From Acidobacteriota bacterium (GTDB taxonomy: Bacteria > Acidobacteriota > UBA6911): DNA of 64,000 nt. Both the position numbers and the translations under genes were made by a program. Under the pieces are notes generated by a model. It ran no database searches. It was not told the origin of the DNA and was given only the letters and a program-made list of their open reading frames with translations. The first letter of the stretch is position 1. Each line of letters begins with the position of its first letter. Shown piece after piece: positions 48,939-60,330 of the stretch. Location: contig OY761556.1 of the NCBI GenBank assembly GCA_963664705.1, forward strand, positions 4,160,001-4,224,000, written 5' to 3'.

Positions 48939-49075
48939 CGGGAACAGCTCCTTTCGAACCGGGCATGTCACTACCGGCATTTTGACGCTATTATATCAAT
49001 AGCTGCCAGAACTCAAAGGCTCCAGAAATGCCATTTGTGCCCTCCCTCTCCTCCGGAGCCTGAGGAAAATTTGTA

Positions 49076-49122
49076 TTGACAGAATTCATTCTGCGCTCTA
49101 CATTGTTTCCATACATGGAAAC
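49076..49122 (+). promoter_or_regulatory. Promoter TTGACA-N17-TACATT plus ArsR-type operator GTTTCCAT-AC-ATGGAAAC
   Basis: -35 at 49076-81, -10 at 49099-104; perfect 8-2-8 palindrome at 49105-49122 over the predicted +1. Confidence 0.75.
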
Positions 49123-49131
49123 CTTACAACT

Positions 49132-49509
49132 ATGAAACAATCTGAAGAAAACAAGAAGCTGCTCCTGAAGATCTTTGAAATGCAGTGTGAAATCTGCAAA
49201 GCGCTGGGCCACCCGCAGCGCCTGGCGATCGTTGACCGGCTTAAGGAAGGAGAGGCGGCTGCCGCGGATCTGATCCAGGAGCTTGAATTGTCCAAAGCGA
49301 ACCTCTCCAAGCATATGACTCTGCTCGCACACAGCGGTATCGTGGACTCGCGTCGGGACGGCAGGCAGATCTACTACCGGCTGGCAGATCCTGAAATCCA
49401 CGAGGCCTGCTCGATGATGCGATCTATTTTGTATCGCCGGCTGAAGCAGGGAGAGAAATTGGCTTCAGCAATCCATTCGTCCACAGCACTGTCGGCTAAA
49501 GCGAAATAG
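49132..49509 (+). CDS. ArsR/SmtB family regulator
   Basis: KALGHPQRL.I, SKANLSKH, RRDGRQIYYRL; Cys19, Cys22, Cys93. Confidence 0.93.
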   Translation: MKQSEENKKLLLKIFEMQCEICKALGHPQRLAIVDRLKEGEAAAADLIQELELSKANLSKHMTLLAHSGIVDSRRDGRQIYYRLADPEIHEACSMMRSILYRRLKQGEKLASAIHSSTALSAKAK

Positions 49510-49529
49510 CAATACCTTGCGAGTGATCT

Positions 49530-50897
49530 ATGAAAAATAAAACTCACTACACAATTTGGGCTTTGGTTCTTATCGGTCTCCTTGTCAGTTTTTCTGCGAG
49601 CGCCCAGCAGAAGCTCTCGCTCTCGGAAGCAGTATCGCGCACTCTGGCAAAAAACCCGGACCTTGCGGTGGATGCCCCTGGCCAGAATGCAGCCCGTTCG
49701 GAATACGCGGCCACGCGAGCCGGATACCTGCCACGCATCGATTTCGAGCAATCCTATCTCGCGGGCGACAATCCCGTGTTCGTATTCGGCACGCTGCTGA
49801 CCCAGCGCAAATTCACGGCCGCCAATTTTGCACTTCCTTCGCTCAATAACCCCGATTCTGTCGACAATCTGCAGACGCGAGGCACCCTGCAACAGAACAT
49901 CTGGGATTTCGGAAGGACAGCCAACCGCCGTGAGCAGGCGCGATTGGGCATAAACATGGCCGACCAGGCAACGCAGGAACATCGCAGGCAGGTATTGCTG
50001 GATCTCTTTGGCAGCTACTATGTCACATCTCTTGCGAGCGATGCCATGCAAACGGCACAAGCGGCTTTGCGCTCTGCGGAATCGATAGAAAAACAGGCCA
50101 AAGCCAGGGTCGATAGCGGACTTGCCGTGGAGGCGGATCTGCTGCGAAGCCGCGTATACCTGTCGACGGCAAAACAACAGGAGATCCAAGCTCAAGGACA
50201 ACTGGAGGCTGCCAGGGCACAGCTGAACAGAGTCATGGGGGAAGCACTGACCGCGCAGACAGGCGAGACAGCGCCTTTGACCATCAAAGCCATCTCGCTC
50301 CCGTTGGAAGACGCGCTTCTCTCGGAACAAAAACGCAATCGCCCGGATTATCAGAATCTACTGACCGAGCTTCGCCAGGCGGAGCTTGCGGTCAACGCTC
50401 GTTCCAAGGAGAAACTCCCGGTTCTTGCCGGTTATACCACGTGGGAAATGGACAATCCTTCCATGAGCGAGTTTGGCGGCAGCAACTGGGCAGCCGGGAT
50501 TACGCTGCGCTGGAATCTGTTTGCCGGCGGGAGCGATGCAGCACAGCTTGAGGCCGCCCGTCACCGTCTGGAACAGAAAAAGCGCCAGATTGCGGCCATG
50601 GATTCGGCCATGGCGCTCGAGCTTCGCAGGGCTATGATTCAGTACCGGGCGGCCGAACAGCAGGTTGCCGCAGCCCAGGCAGCACAGGCTCAGAGTGAAG
50701 AAGGGCTTCGTATCCTGCGAAACCGGTATGATGCCGGGCTGGCCACCATGACCGATTTGCTTTCCGCGGAAGCCGCGCGCAGCGCGGCACGCACGGGCCT
50801 CGCCGAAGCGATTTATCGCCAGCGTGTCAGCTATGCACAGGTTGAATTTGCCGCCGGCATCCTGAGCCCATCATCGCCGGCCATGAATCTGCAGTAG
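49530..50897 (+). CDS. TolC family outer membrane protein
   Basis: LSLSEAV..L..NP, YLPRI, RYDAGLAT..DLL.A. Confidence 0.92.
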   Translation: MKNKTHYTIWALVLIGLLVSFSASAQQKLSLSEAVSRTLAKNPDLAVDAPGQNAARSEYAATRAGYLPRIDFEQSYLAGDNPVFVFGTLLTQRKFTAANFALPSLNNPDSVDNLQTRGTLQQNIWDFGRTANRREQARLGINMADQATQEHRRQVLLDLFGSYYVTSLASDAMQTAQAALRSAESIEKQAKARVDSGLAVEADLLRSRVYLSTAKQQEIQAQGQLEAARAQLNRVMGEALTAQTGETAPLTIKAISLPLEDALLSEQKRNRPDYQNLLTELRQAELAVNARSKEKLPVLAGYTTWEMDNPSMSEFGGSNWAAGITLRWNLFAGGSDAAQLEAARHRLEQKKRQIAAMDSAMALELRRAMIQYRAAEQQVAAAQAAQAQSEEGLRILRNRYDAGLATMTDLLSAEAARSAARTGLAEAIYRQRVSYAQVEFAAGILSPSSPAMNLQ

Positions 50898-50962
50898 CTA
50901 CCAGATAAAGCGGAGCTTCAGAAATGCACAGCATCCAGATTTTTATGACAACGAGGCAAAAC

Positions 50963-52150
50963 ATGAAATCCAAGCTACTAATACTATTTGCCGTTTCAGG
51001 ACTCTTCATCCAAATAGCCTGCAGTGAAAAACCGGTGGCCAAACAGGAAGCGACCCTGACGCCGGTGCCCGCGGCTACGCTCTCGATGCGCTATGAATCG
51101 GTTCCGGGAGTGGTGCAGGCACCAGGCACTGTTCAGGCGCGGGATCGCATTGCACTCTCCTCACAGATCAATGGATTTGTCAGACAGGTGCACGTTCATG
51201 TCGGCGACATCGTGAAGAAGGATCAGCTCCTGGCCACCCTGGATGCACGGGATGCCCAGAGCCAGAAGGCGGCAGCGCAGGCTGCGGTCGACGAAGCACA
51301 GGCAGCTCTCTCCGAAGCCCGTAAAGCCCGCCAGGCCGCGTTGGATATGCAGGCGGCGACAAAAGCAGGTACCGAGCTGGCAAACCAGACTCTCGCCCGA
51401 TATCAAAAGCTGTCGGAATCGCGGTCCGTTTCCCCGCAGGAACTCGATGAAGTGCGGACGCGGCGCGACGCGAGCACCGCCGAGCTGGCATCACGCGAGG
51501 CGATGGTATCCGCAGCGGACGATCGCATCCGACAGGTAGAAGCGAAGATAGCGCAGGCAAAAGCTCAATCCGGGCGCACGGATGTTCTTTTGAGCTGGAC
51601 GGAAATCCAGGCTCCCGCATCGGGTAGAATCGTCCAGAGACTGGTGGATCCCGGTACGGCTATCTTTCCGGGAACTCCCCTGGTAGTCATAGAATCCACG
51701 GACAAGCCACAGGTGGTGGCGGATATCCCAACCGAACACGCCCATCTCCTTAAAATCGGTGCGGCAGTCCGTCTTCGAATGGCTGATTCGGATGGTGAAG
51801 GACGCGTTTCAGAGATCGTCCCACTGTCGGATCCTGGAACCCACAGCATTCAGTTCAAAGTAGATCTCCCGGCCCGTGCTTCAATGCCAAGTGGCCAATT
51901 CGTAAAAGTAGAAGTCCCCTCAGGGACGCGCGATGCCCTGCTTGCTCCGCGCGCCTCTGTGCGACAGACCGGGCAACTCACAGGCATGTTTGTCGTGGAT
52001 AACATGGCGAAGGCTCATTTCCGCCTTGTAAAGGTTGCTCCCTTTGATGCGGATCGCGTTGAGATCCTCTCCGGCATCAACTCAGGAGAAAAAATCGTGG
52101 CCGCTTTGAGCGACCAGGTCATCGATGGCATTCCGGTTGTGGAACGTTAA
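50963..52150 (+). CDS. RND efflux periplasmic adaptor (lipoprotein)
   Basis: Lipobox IQIAC; biotinyl-lipoyl-like V.VGD.V; I.AP..G; coiled coil. Confidence 0.92.
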   Translation: MKSKLLILFAVSGLFIQIACSEKPVAKQEATLTPVPAATLSMRYESVPGVVQAPGTVQARDRIALSSQINGFVRQVHVHVGDIVKKDQLLATLDARDAQSQKAAAQAAVDEAQAALSEARKARQAALDMQAATKAGTELANQTLARYQKLSESRSVSPQELDEVRTRRDASTAELASREAMVSAADDRIRQVEAKIAQAKAQSGRTDVLLSWTEIQAPASGRIVQRLVDPGTAIFPGTPLVVIESTDKPQVVADIPTEHAHLLKIGAAVRLRMADSDGEGRVSEIVPLSDPGTHSIQFKVDLPARASMPSGQFVKVEVPSGTRDALLAPRASVRQTGQLTGMFVVDNMAKAHFRLVKVAPFDADRVEILSGINSGEKIVAALSDQVIDGIPVVER

Positions 52151-52162
52151 GGAGATCCGGAT

Positions 52163-55100
52163 ATGAGCAAACCCCAAATCGCAGGCAGTCTGGCTCACGC
52201 CTTCATCAAATCCAAGCTGACTCCCCTTTTCCTGATCGCCTCCATCGCGTTGGGAATTGCGGCTGTAGTGCTTCTACCACGGGAAGAAGAGCCGCAGATC
52301 ATCGTGCCGATGATAGATGTGATGGTCTCATTCCCCGGTGCATCCGCAAAAGATGTTGAAACACGGATCACCCGGCCGATGGAGCGTCTTCTGTGGGAAA
52401 TTCCGGGCGTGGAATATGTGTATACCACATCAAGCCCGGGCTCGAGCGTCGCAATTGTCCGCTTCTATGTTGGAGAGGACGAGGAAAAGAGCATTGTCCG
52501 TCTGAATCAGAAAATGTTCGCAAATTTCGATCTGATTCCGCCGGGCGCCTCTCAACCCCTGATCAAACCGCGATCCATTGATGATGTTCCATTCCTGGCG
52601 CTTACGCTCTGGAGTCGGGAACTGGACGGATTTCAGATCCGTCGGGCAGCTGCCGAGTTACGCAATGAACTTCAGCAGATACCGGACATATCGGCAACGC
52701 AGTTGATTGGCGGGCAGAAACGCACCCTGCTGGTCGAACCGGATCCGGAAAAGATGGCCGCCTACGGTGTCAGCTCCTCCAGAATTCAGGGCGCACTGCA
52801 AATGGAGAACCGCGAGACGCATGCCGGCATCGTCACTCACAATAATGAAGCCTTCTCCATTCACCTGGACGGTTTCTTTAAAAATAGCGATGACCTGGGA
52901 AACCTGGTGGTTGGAGTTCAGTCCAATGCTCCGGTTTACCTCCGCAATGTCGCCACCATTTCGGATGGCCCGGCAGAGCCGTCGGAATATGTATTCTTCT
53001 CGCCCGGACCATCCGCTAAAGCAAAGGGAATCGAGATCCCGCAGACGGCCAGCGCCTCTGCCGGCCTCCCTTCCAGTACCGGCATTGGTGCGGCTATCGG
53101 CAATGATCTGATTCCCGGAGTCACGATCACATTTGCCAAAAGAAAAGGCAAAAATGCGGTCGTGCTGTCGGAAGAGGTTCTCAGGAGAGCGGAAAGTTTC
53201 CGCGCGCACAACTTCCCGGCTTCGCTGCAGATGACGGTGACCCGCAACTACGGGGAGACGGCAGCGGAAAAATCCAACGAACTGCTTCTTCACATGATGA
53301 TTGCCGTCATCTCCGTAACGATCCTGATCTGGCTGGTTCTCGGATTCAGGGAATCGGGAGTAGTAGCGGTAGCGATCCCGGTAACCCTGGCACTGACGCT
53401 TGTCGTGTTCCTGCTCTATGGATATACGCTGAACCGCATTACGCTGTTTGCGCTGATTTTCTCTATCGGGATCCTTGTCGATGATGCGATCGTCGTCATA
53501 GAAAATATCGTTCGCCACAAACGGATGCCTGAGAACCGCAATCGATCGTTCACCGATGTTGCAGTTGAAGCGGTCGATGAAGTCGGAAATCCGACCATTC
53601 TGGCAACCTTCACCGTCATCGCGGCCATTCTGCCGATGGCTATGGTGCGTGGATTGATGGGCCCCTACATGCGCCCAATACCCATCGGGGCATCCGCGGC
53701 CATGATCTTCTCTCTCCTGGTGGCGTTTGTGATTACGCCATGGGCGGCCCTGCGTTTCCTGCGCGGATCTCATGTCGGTCACCACGAGGGTGAAACGGAA
53801 GACCGCACGACCCGTTTGTACCGATGGTTCATGGGCAAGCTGTTGGCCAACGCAAAAAATCAGTGGATGTTCCTGGGCCTGGTCGTTGTATTGCTGATCG
53901 CCGCCATGAGCACGGTCTATTTCAAATTTGTCATCGTCAAGATGCTGCCGTTCGATAACAAAAGCGAGTTCCAGGTCATTGTAGATATGCCGGAAGGCAC
54001 AAGTCTGGAAGAGACCGCAGCCGCCACGCGCGCGCTTGCCGTCAAGCTGAATCAGGTGCCGGAAATTACGGATTACGAAATGTATGTCGGAACCGCTTCG
54101 CCGTTCAACTTCAACGGACTGGTCCGGCATTACTACATGCGCAGCGGAGAGAATGTAGCGGATATTCAGGTCAATCTCACTCCGAAGGGAGCTCGATCGG
54201 ATCAAAGCCATGCCATAGCACGGCGGGTACGGGATCTCCTGAAGCCGGTAGCTGAGCAGTACGGCATCCGCATGAAGGTGGCGGAGGTTCCTCCTGGCCC
54301 GCCGGTATTGCAGACGCTGGTGGCAGAGGTATACGGGCCCAGTTACGATCGGCAGATTGAACTGGCCGCCCAGCTGCGATCAATGCTGGAAAAAACTCCG
54401 GGCGTAGTCGACGTGGATTGGTATGTCGAAGATCCGCAACCGGAAATGCTCTTCCACTTCAACCGACTGAAAGCCTCCATGGCGGGCGTTTCAATTGCCG
54501 AGGCACAACAGGCGGTTGCGCTGGGCATCAGCGGAGCACAGGCAGGACTGCTGCATGCGGCGGATGAAGCAGAGGATGTTCCTATCAAACTGAGGCTCCC
54601 GTTGGGCGAGCGCTCCAGCATTGAATCACTTTCCCGGCTCCGCGTTTCATCGGCCACCGGCAAACTGGTACCGCTTGGAGAGTTGGGATACTGGGAAAAA
54701 TCCTCCCGCGAAAGAAACATCTATCACAAGAATCTGATGCCCGTCGTTTATGTAACGGCAGATGTCGCAGGCCGCGAAGAAAGCCCTGTTTATCCAATTC
54801 TGAACATGGACGAGCAGATAACAAAAATGAAACTGCCCGAGGGCTACCGTCTCCAGACCTATACTGCGCAGCAGCCTTCGGAAACAAACCGGCTCGGAAT
54901 GAAGTGGGATGGAGAATGGCATATTACCTACGAAGTGTTCCGGGATTTGGGCCTTGCGTTTGCAGCCGTTCTCGTCCTGATCTACATTCTCGTGGTAGCC
55001 TGGTTTCAGAGCTTTAAGACACCGCTGGTTATCATGGCGGCCATTCCCTTCTCGCTGGTTGGCATACTTCCCGGCCATTGGGCAATGGGCGCATTCTTCA

Positions 55101-55456
55101 CCGCAACCTCCATGATCGGATTCATCGCCGGAGCAGGAATTGTGGTCAGAAATTCGATCATTCTGGTGGATTTCATTGAGTTGCGGCTCAGTATGGGCGA
55201 ATCATTGCAGCAGGCGGTAATCGACGCCGGTGCCGTGCGCTTCCGCCCCATGCTGTTGACCGCTGCCGCCGTAGTCGTGGGCTCCGCCGTAATCCTGTTT
55301 GACCCGATATTCCAGGGACTGGCTATTTCGTTGATGGCCGGAGAGGTCGCATCCCTTCTCCTCAGCCGAATGACGGTACCGGTCCTGTTTTACATGATGC
55401 GTCGCCGGGAATTGAAGCATCACCCCATGCCGCCAAACCCGGCGGTAACTGCATAG
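52163..55456 (+). CDS. RND efflux permease (AcrB/CzcA superfamily)
   Basis: [41 protein letters not shown]. Confidence 0.95.
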   Translation: MSKPQIAGSLAHAFIKSKLTPLFLIASIALGIAAVVLLPREEEPQIIVPMIDVMVSFPGASAKDVETRITRPMERLLWEIPGVEYVYTTSSPGSSVAIVRFYVGEDEEKSIVRLNQKMFANFDLIPPGASQPLIKPRSIDDVPFLALTLWSRELDGFQIRRAAAELRNELQQIPDISATQLIGGQKRTLLVEPDPEKMAAYGVSSSRIQGALQMENRETHAGIVTHNNEAFSIHLDGFFKNSDDLGNLVVGVQSNAPVYLRNVATISDGPAEPSEYVFFSPGPSAKAKGIEIPQTASASAGLPSSTGIGAAIGNDLIPGVTITFAKRKGKNAVVLSEEVLRRAESFRAHNFPASLQMTVTRNYGETAAEKSNELLLHMMIAVISVTILIWLVLGFRESGVVAVAIPVTLALTLVVFLLYGYTLNRITLFALIFSIGILVDDAIVVIENIVRHKRMPENRNRSFTDVAVEAVDEVGNPTILATFTVIAAILPMAMVRGLMGPYMRPIPIGASAAMIFSLLVAFVITPWAALRFLRGSHVGHHEGETEDRTTRLYRWFMGKLLANAKNQWMFLGLVVVLLIAAMSTVYFKFVIVKMLPFDNKSEFQVIVDMPEGTSLEETAAATRALAVKLNQVPEITDYEMYVGTASPFNFNGLVRHYYMRSGENVADIQVNLTPKGARSDQSHAIARRVRDLLKPVAEQYGIRMKVAEVPPGPPVLQTLVAEVYGPSYDRQIELAAQLRSMLEKTPGVVDVDWYVEDPQPEMLFHFNRLKASMAGVSIAEAQQAVALGISGAQAGLLHAADEAEDVPIKLRLPLGERSSIESLSRLRVSSATGKLVPLGELGYWEKSSRERNIYHKNLMPVVYVTADVAGREESPVYPILNMDEQITKMKLPEGYRLQTYTAQQPSETNRLGMKWDGEWHITYEVFRDLGLAFAAVLVLIYILVVAWFQSFKTPLVIMAAIPFSLVGILPGHWAMGAFFTATSMIGFIAGAGIVVRNSIILVDFIELRLSMGESLQQAVIDAGAVRFRPMLLTAAAVVVGSAVILFDPIFQGLAISLMAGEVASLLLSRMTVPVLFYMMRRRELKHHPMPPNPAVTA

Positions 55457-55472
55457 AAAGTAAGGAGACATT

Positions 55473-55685
55473 ATGACTGTAGAAAGATTGATACGCCTGA
55501 TGGCCGGAAGCTTCATCCTGATCAGCCTTGGACTGGCCCATTGGGTCAATCCCAACTGGCTCTGGTTCACGGCTTTCGTGGGCGCAAACCTATTCCAGTC
55601 TTCCCTCACCCGCTGGTGCCTGATGGAAGACATACTGGTCAAACTGGGAGTGAAGAGGGAAACATCCTGTTCCACCGGAAAGTAA
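55473..55685 (+). CDS. DUF2892 (YgaP-like) membrane protein
   Basis: ERLIRLMAG, FVGANLFQS..T.WC. Confidence 0.88.
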   Translation: MTVERLIRLMAGSFILISLGLAHWVNPNWLWFTAFVGANLFQSSLTRWCLMEDILVKLGVKRETSCSTGK

Positions 55686-55769
55686 AAACCATTTCGGTCA
55701 CAGGGCGCGAAGGCAAATATTCACGCTTCAGGCCTTCGCACCCGCAGGACCATTCATCAGGATAATGCT

Positions 55770-57458
55770 ATGAAGATTGTTGTCATCGGAGGTGTAGCCG
55801 CCGGACCAAAAGCCGCATCCAAAATTATGCGGTTGAGGCCGGATGCAGATATCACGGTCATAGAAAAGGGAGCCTTTCTCTCCTATGCGGGATGCGGGCT
55901 TCCCTACTACGTTTCGGGAGCAATCAAGGAACAAAGAGAACTCATGGAAACGCCGGCCGGCGTCGTGCGCGATGCGGCGTTTTTCCTGAACGTGAAGAAC
56001 CTGAAGGTCCAGAGCCACACTGAGGTGACGGAGATTGACCGTGCAGGAAAGCAGGTGCACACCAAGAGCCTGACCAACGGGGCGGAATCCTGGCTTCCAT
56101 ATGACAGGCTCATTCTGGCCACAGGCGCATCACCGATAATCCCCCCTATCCCGGGCGTGGACAAAAAGAACGTTTTCACGCTGCATGGAGTCCATGATGC
56201 GGAGGGAATCAAGTCGGTATTGTCCGAAGGCAAAGCCAAGGATGTGGTCATCATTGGTGGTGGCTTGATTGGAGTGGAAGCGACCGAAGCACTGGCAACC
56301 CACGGCTGCCGCGTGACCATTGTCGAGATGATGCCACAGATACTGGGTCTGCTTGACTGGGAAGTTGCACGCCTGGTGGAGCGATACATGGAATCCAAAG
56401 GCGTCAGGATACTGACCGGCACACGCGCGCTGTCCCTGGATTCCCGCGATGGAAATGATGCATTTGCCTCCGTGGTGCGAACCGATAAGGGCGATTTGCC
56501 GGCGGATATGGTTATCCTCGCCATTGGGGTGCGGCCCAATGTTTCCCTGGCCCGGCAGGCCGGGCTTGCCATCGGCGATAAAACCGGCGCAATCCAGGTG
56601 GATGATCACATGCGCACCTCCGACCCTGATATCTACGCGGCCGGCGATTGCGTCGAATGCCTGGACCGGTTGACCGGAACTCCCTGTTATGTCCCGCTGG
56701 GTTCCACCGCCAATAAGCAGGGACGCATTGCCGCTTTGAACATCTGCGGCGGCAACGAGGTCTTTCCTGGAATCCTGGGAAGCTCGATATGCAAAGTTTT
56801 CGACTACTGCGTTGCCAAAACAGGGATGAATGAACGCACAGCAAAAGCGCTGGGATATGATTACATTACGGCCATGGCTCCCGGCGCCGACAAAGCGCAC
56901 TACATGCCTGAATCAAAAACTCTGCTGATCAAGCTATTGGCCGATCGGAAAACGGGCAGACTGCTGGGCGTTCAATTGACCGGACCGGGAGAGGGAGCTA
57001 AGCGCATCGATGTCGCGGCAACGGCGATCTCGGCGGGAATGACGCTGGATCAACTGGCCAACCTGGATCTGTCCTACGCACCACCCTATGCCTCCGCGAT
57101 GGACAACCTGATAACCGCCGCCAACGTGGCCCGCAATAAAAGGGACGGCTACATGGCCGGAATTTCGGCCGAATCCGTGCTCCACAAGATCGAAAACGGA
57201 GAGGATTTCTTCTTCCTCGATGTCCGTTCTCCGCAGGAGTATTCGCAGATGCATCTGCCAAAATCAACGCTGATCCCCCTGGGCGCTCTGCGCAGACGGC
57301 TCGCCGAAATACCGATGGACAAAGAAGTCATAACCTATTGTGCGGTATCGCTGCGCGGCTATGAAGCATCCCTGGTCCTGAAAGCCGCCGGTTTCCGCAA
57401 CGTAAGGGTGTTGGATGGCGGAATAGCCATGTGGCCCTACGAAAAGTTGTCCGGGTAA
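55770..57458 (+). CDS. CoA-disulfide/persulfide reductase-rhodanese fusion (Npsr/CoADR-RHD)
   Basis: GGVAAG, SYAGCGLPY, GGGLIG.E, YAAGD, YAPPY; rhodanese DVR...YCAVSLRG...LDGG..W. Confidence 0.92.
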   Translation: MKIVVIGGVAAGPKAASKIMRLRPDADITVIEKGAFLSYAGCGLPYYVSGAIKEQRELMETPAGVVRDAAFFLNVKNLKVQSHTEVTEIDRAGKQVHTKSLTNGAESWLPYDRLILATGASPIIPPIPGVDKKNVFTLHGVHDAEGIKSVLSEGKAKDVVIIGGGLIGVEATEALATHGCRVTIVEMMPQILGLLDWEVARLVERYMESKGVRILTGTRALSLDSRDGNDAFASVVRTDKGDLPADMVILAIGVRPNVSLARQAGLAIGDKTGAIQVDDHMRTSDPDIYAAGDCVECLDRLTGTPCYVPLGSTANKQGRIAALNICGGNEVFPGILGSSICKVFDYCVAKTGMNERTAKALGYDYITAMAPGADKAHYMPESKTLLIKLLADRKTGRLLGVQLTGPGEGAKRIDVAATAISAGMTLDQLANLDLSYAPPYASAMDNLITAANVARNKRDGYMAGISAESVLHKIENGEDFFFLDVRSPQEYSQMHLPKSTLIPLGALRRRLAEIPMDKEVITYCAVSLRGYEASLVLKAAGFRNVRVLDGGIAMWPYEKLSG

Positions 57459-57571
57459 ACTTGCAGCCATTCGGATATTCCGCTGCTTTGGGGGCCTAAA
57501 AAAAGGAAAACTTCCCGCGCATTCAACAGCCGGGAGTGATATCGTTTCTGTCAAATGATGGAGGACAAGTA

Positions 57572-57946
57572 ATGAAGTTAGGATTTCCGGTTGAGATCAA
57601 CCAAGGATTGGAAAGCACTGTATACGGACATTTCGGCTCAGCCCCCGCCTTCGTTATTGTGGATGCCGAATCGAAAGAAACGTTAGGACTGGAAAACGGC
57701 AACAGACATCACCAGCATGGGAACTGCAATCCTGTGATGGCGCTGAGCGGCCAGGAGATCGACGCCATGATCGTCGGCGGAATTGGGCCGGGTGCCTTAA
57801 TGAAACTGCAGGCGATGGGGATACGGGTTTTCGGAGCGGGAGCAAAGACGATTCAGGAAAATATTGCGTTGTTCAGGGAAAACCAACTGGCCGAATTATG
57901 CATGGATGATTCCTGCCATGCACATCAAGGCCAGTGCTCTCACTAG
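57572..57946 (+). CDS. NifB/NifX (FeMo-co binding-like) family protein
   Basis: HFGSAPAF, GGIGPGA; His/Cys-rich segments. Confidence 0.88.
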   Translation: MKLGFPVEINQGLESTVYGHFGSAPAFVIVDAESKETLGLENGNRHHQHGNCNPVMALSGQEIDAMIVGGIGPGALMKLQAMGIRVFGAGAKTIQENIALFRENQLAELCMDDSCHAHQGQCSH

Positions 57947-58009
57947 GCCCCTTTTACGCGGAAGAAAGAAAACACGCGAACGATAATTCCCAGCAATCGA
58001 GAGCCAGGC

Positions 58010-58756
58010 ATGCTTGTTGATCAGATCTATGAAGAGACTCTGCAAATTGCACACAATCAAACTGTAACCGACGTCAGGGTCGGGCTTGGATATACGGCTG
58101 TAGCCTTGGACAATGGGCGATGTGGCGTCGCCTTTACGCTGCACGAGAAGGAATATGAATCCTGCACGGTGCTTGCGGAAGCGGGCACAATTGCCGGACG
58201 CCCGGCATCGGAGTTGATCTCCTGGATCAAGCAGGATGATGAAACGGCATGCGCCGTCGGCCTCGCAACCGTCAATGCTCTCATTGCCCCTTCCGAACAA
58301 ACCCTCGAGGCAGACATTCTGGAACAGTTGTCGATTGGATCCAGTGATGCAGTTGGAATGATCGGATATTTTGGACCGCTGATCGATCAGATCACCAAGA
58401 AATCGCGCGTCCTGCACGTATTCGAGCGCCAGCCGATTCCGGAGCTTGGAGTTCTGCCGGACACGGCGGCTCCGGATCTGATTCCGCAATGCCAGGCAGT
58501 CATTATTTCCGGCACCACCCTTCTCAACCGGACCATTGACGGCATTCTGGATCTGTGCGGAAATGCACGTGAGGTGGCAATTCTCGGCCCCAGTACGCCC
58601 TTCCTGCGCAAGCCATTCGAAAAGCGTGGCGTCACGATTCTTTCCGGAATCCAGGTAATCGATTCCGCGCGAGTTCTACGAATTGTCAGCGAAGCAGGCG
58701 GGACGCCGAGCTTCGGATCAGCGGTCCGTAAGCTGAGTATGCGCATTTCACGTTAA
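58010..58756 (+). CDS. DUF364 (putative heavy-metal chelation, Rossmann-like) protein
   Basis: GLGYTAV, VGLATVNA, GMIGYFGP, ISGTTLLN.T, LGPSTP. Confidence 0.85.
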   Translation: MLVDQIYEETLQIAHNQTVTDVRVGLGYTAVALDNGRCGVAFTLHEKEYESCTVLAEAGTIAGRPASELISWIKQDDETACAVGLATVNALIAPSEQTLEADILEQLSIGSSDAVGMIGYFGPLIDQITKKSRVLHVFERQPIPELGVLPDTAAPDLIPQCQAVIISGTTLLNRTIDGILDLCGNAREVAILGPSTPFLRKPFEKRGVTILSGIQVIDSARVLRIVSEAGGTPSFGSAVRKLSMRISR

Positions 58757-58862
58757 CAAGAGATTCCTGAGGATCCTGAAGCCCTATGGGTTCTTCAAGG
58801 TTGAATTACAAAGCGAATCAGCAATCTGAGCCATTTCCTGGCAACCGGTGGAGCCGGCATCC

Positions 58863-59363
58863 ATGCCTTTGAAAGAAGATCCCGAATCCCCAATCGCCGC
58901 CCGGGTCATTGGAGTAATCCAAACTCCATTCCCGGAACCGGCCGGCACTCCAATCCAATCGGCCTATGCGCAAGAGGTGGAAGGCCGGATTACGCTGATT
59001 GAACCGTATGCTTCGGCATTGGACGATATCGAGGGCTTTGAACGTCTGTGGCTTATCTACTGGATGGATGGAGTTCGCCCATTCACACCCAAGGTAATTC
59101 CGTATCGTGACACCCGGGAGCATGGCCTGTTTGCGACCCGTTCGCCCAGCAGGCCAAACCCGATCGGACTGTCGGTTGTCCGGCTTATCCGCCGAGAAGG
59201 CAGCACGCTTCATATCGCCGGAATCGACATGGTGGATGGCACAAAGCTGCTTGACATAAAGCCATACGTTCCGGAATTTGACGCCCATCCAGGCAGTCGC
59301 GCCGGCTGGTTTGACAACTGCGGAGCTGACCGGCGAAAGGCCGATGACCGTTTCCATTCGTAA
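58863..59363 (+). CDS. tsaA: TsaA/TrmO (YaeB)-like SAM-binding methyltransferase domain
   Basis: GLFATRSPSRPNPIGLS, DGT.LLDIKPY. Confidence 0.88.
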   Translation: MPLKEDPESPIAARVIGVIQTPFPEPAGTPIQSAYAQEVEGRITLIEPYASALDDIEGFERLWLIYWMDGVRPFTPKVIPYRDTREHGLFATRSPSRPNPIGLSVVRLIRREGSTLHIAGIDMVDGTKLLDIKPYVPEFDAHPGSRAGWFDNCGADRRKADDRFHS

Positions 59364-59499
59364 CCGAAAGCATCTGCGTTCCGGATGAGAGTCCTTCTTC
59401 TGCCACTATTGCAATATTTGATATAGAATAGCCGACACTAGCAACCGGCCTTTGATATTTGAGCAACTCGGCCATCCGTATATTGGGAGGCATTCGCCC

Positions 59500-59901
59500 A
59501 TGTTAAAACCGATCCATCTCGCGCTTTTTCTTCAGCTCACTGCGCCTATCTTTGCTCAAACGCCCCCCGGCAATGCATCCAAGGGGAGCAAACAAATCGA
59601 ATCGACAATGCCCGCCGCTCGTGTCAGCGAGACCCTTGAAGACGCAAGGGTGAAATCCTTTATAAAAATGGCTGAAAACGTCTACGATGGCGTTTGTGTG
59701 CGGCCATCATCAGCGGTCAAATCAAAGGTGAGGGCCAATGGTAGCGGGGACTTCTCTTCAACCTTCTACGAATTCCAGATTCCCTGCTCGAGCAAAAAGA
59801 AGGATGGGCTGGGATTAACGGCGATCGACGTCAATGCTGAATTTTCGCCGCCACGACCGGGCCCGCTGAACCTGATCCTGTCCGTGCATTTGAAGGAATA
59901 G
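59500..59901 (+). CDS. Secreted hypothetical protein
   Basis: Signal peptide ending IFA-Q; two Cys. Confidence 0.6.
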   Translation: MLKPIHLALFLQLTAPIFAQTPPGNASKGSKQIESTMPAARVSETLEDARVKSFIKMAENVYDGVCVRPSSAVKSKVRANGSGDFSSTFYEFQIPCSSKKKDGLGLTAIDVNAEFSPPRPGPLNLILSVHLKE

Positions 59902-60280
59902 CATCTTTTCTATCTGCTTCGGACCGGAATCATAGGAAAGCTGAATCGCCGGTTCGAAGCGGGCAATGCCTGCCTCCGACATAGCCTCTGCATATAACTA
60001 CCTATAGTAATTTGCGTATTTCAGCCAATTGCTCCACAGGACATTTGATTATTAAATACATCTCAGCGTACGACACCAATTGAGTGTCGAATCCCGATGG
60101 GATTTGCGAGATATGAGAGAAAAGGATCCATTGATTGTAGGCCCTGCAAAAAACGAGATGCTCAACAGGGTCCTGAATCAGGAACTCAAAGAAGCGCGAG
60201 CAACAACCGCTTATCAGGCAGTCCTTGAACCGGGGCTGCTCCCGTCACCAAATCTGCATTGACCTGCTGCTAAGAGCCTG

Positions 60281-60330
60281 CTGCGAACAAAGGGCTTTGG
60301 TTGTACAACCAAAGCCCTTGCAGTTTTTTT
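60281..60330 (+). terminator. Intrinsic terminator built on a perfect 30-bp palindrome
   Basis: AAGGGCTTTGGTTGT|ACAACCAAAGCCCTT (60290-60319), followed by GCAG and T7. Confidence 0.7.

Noticed and set aside
48618-48980. Independent 120-aa gene ending at TGA, plus a separate 434-aa gene
   Set aside because: In-frame continuity, the UxxC motif and the SECIS-like hairpin favour one selenoprotein.
60110-60280. Possible 6S RNA (CTTGAACC motif)
   Set aside because: Lacks the complementary GGTTCAAG arm and the long closing stem.
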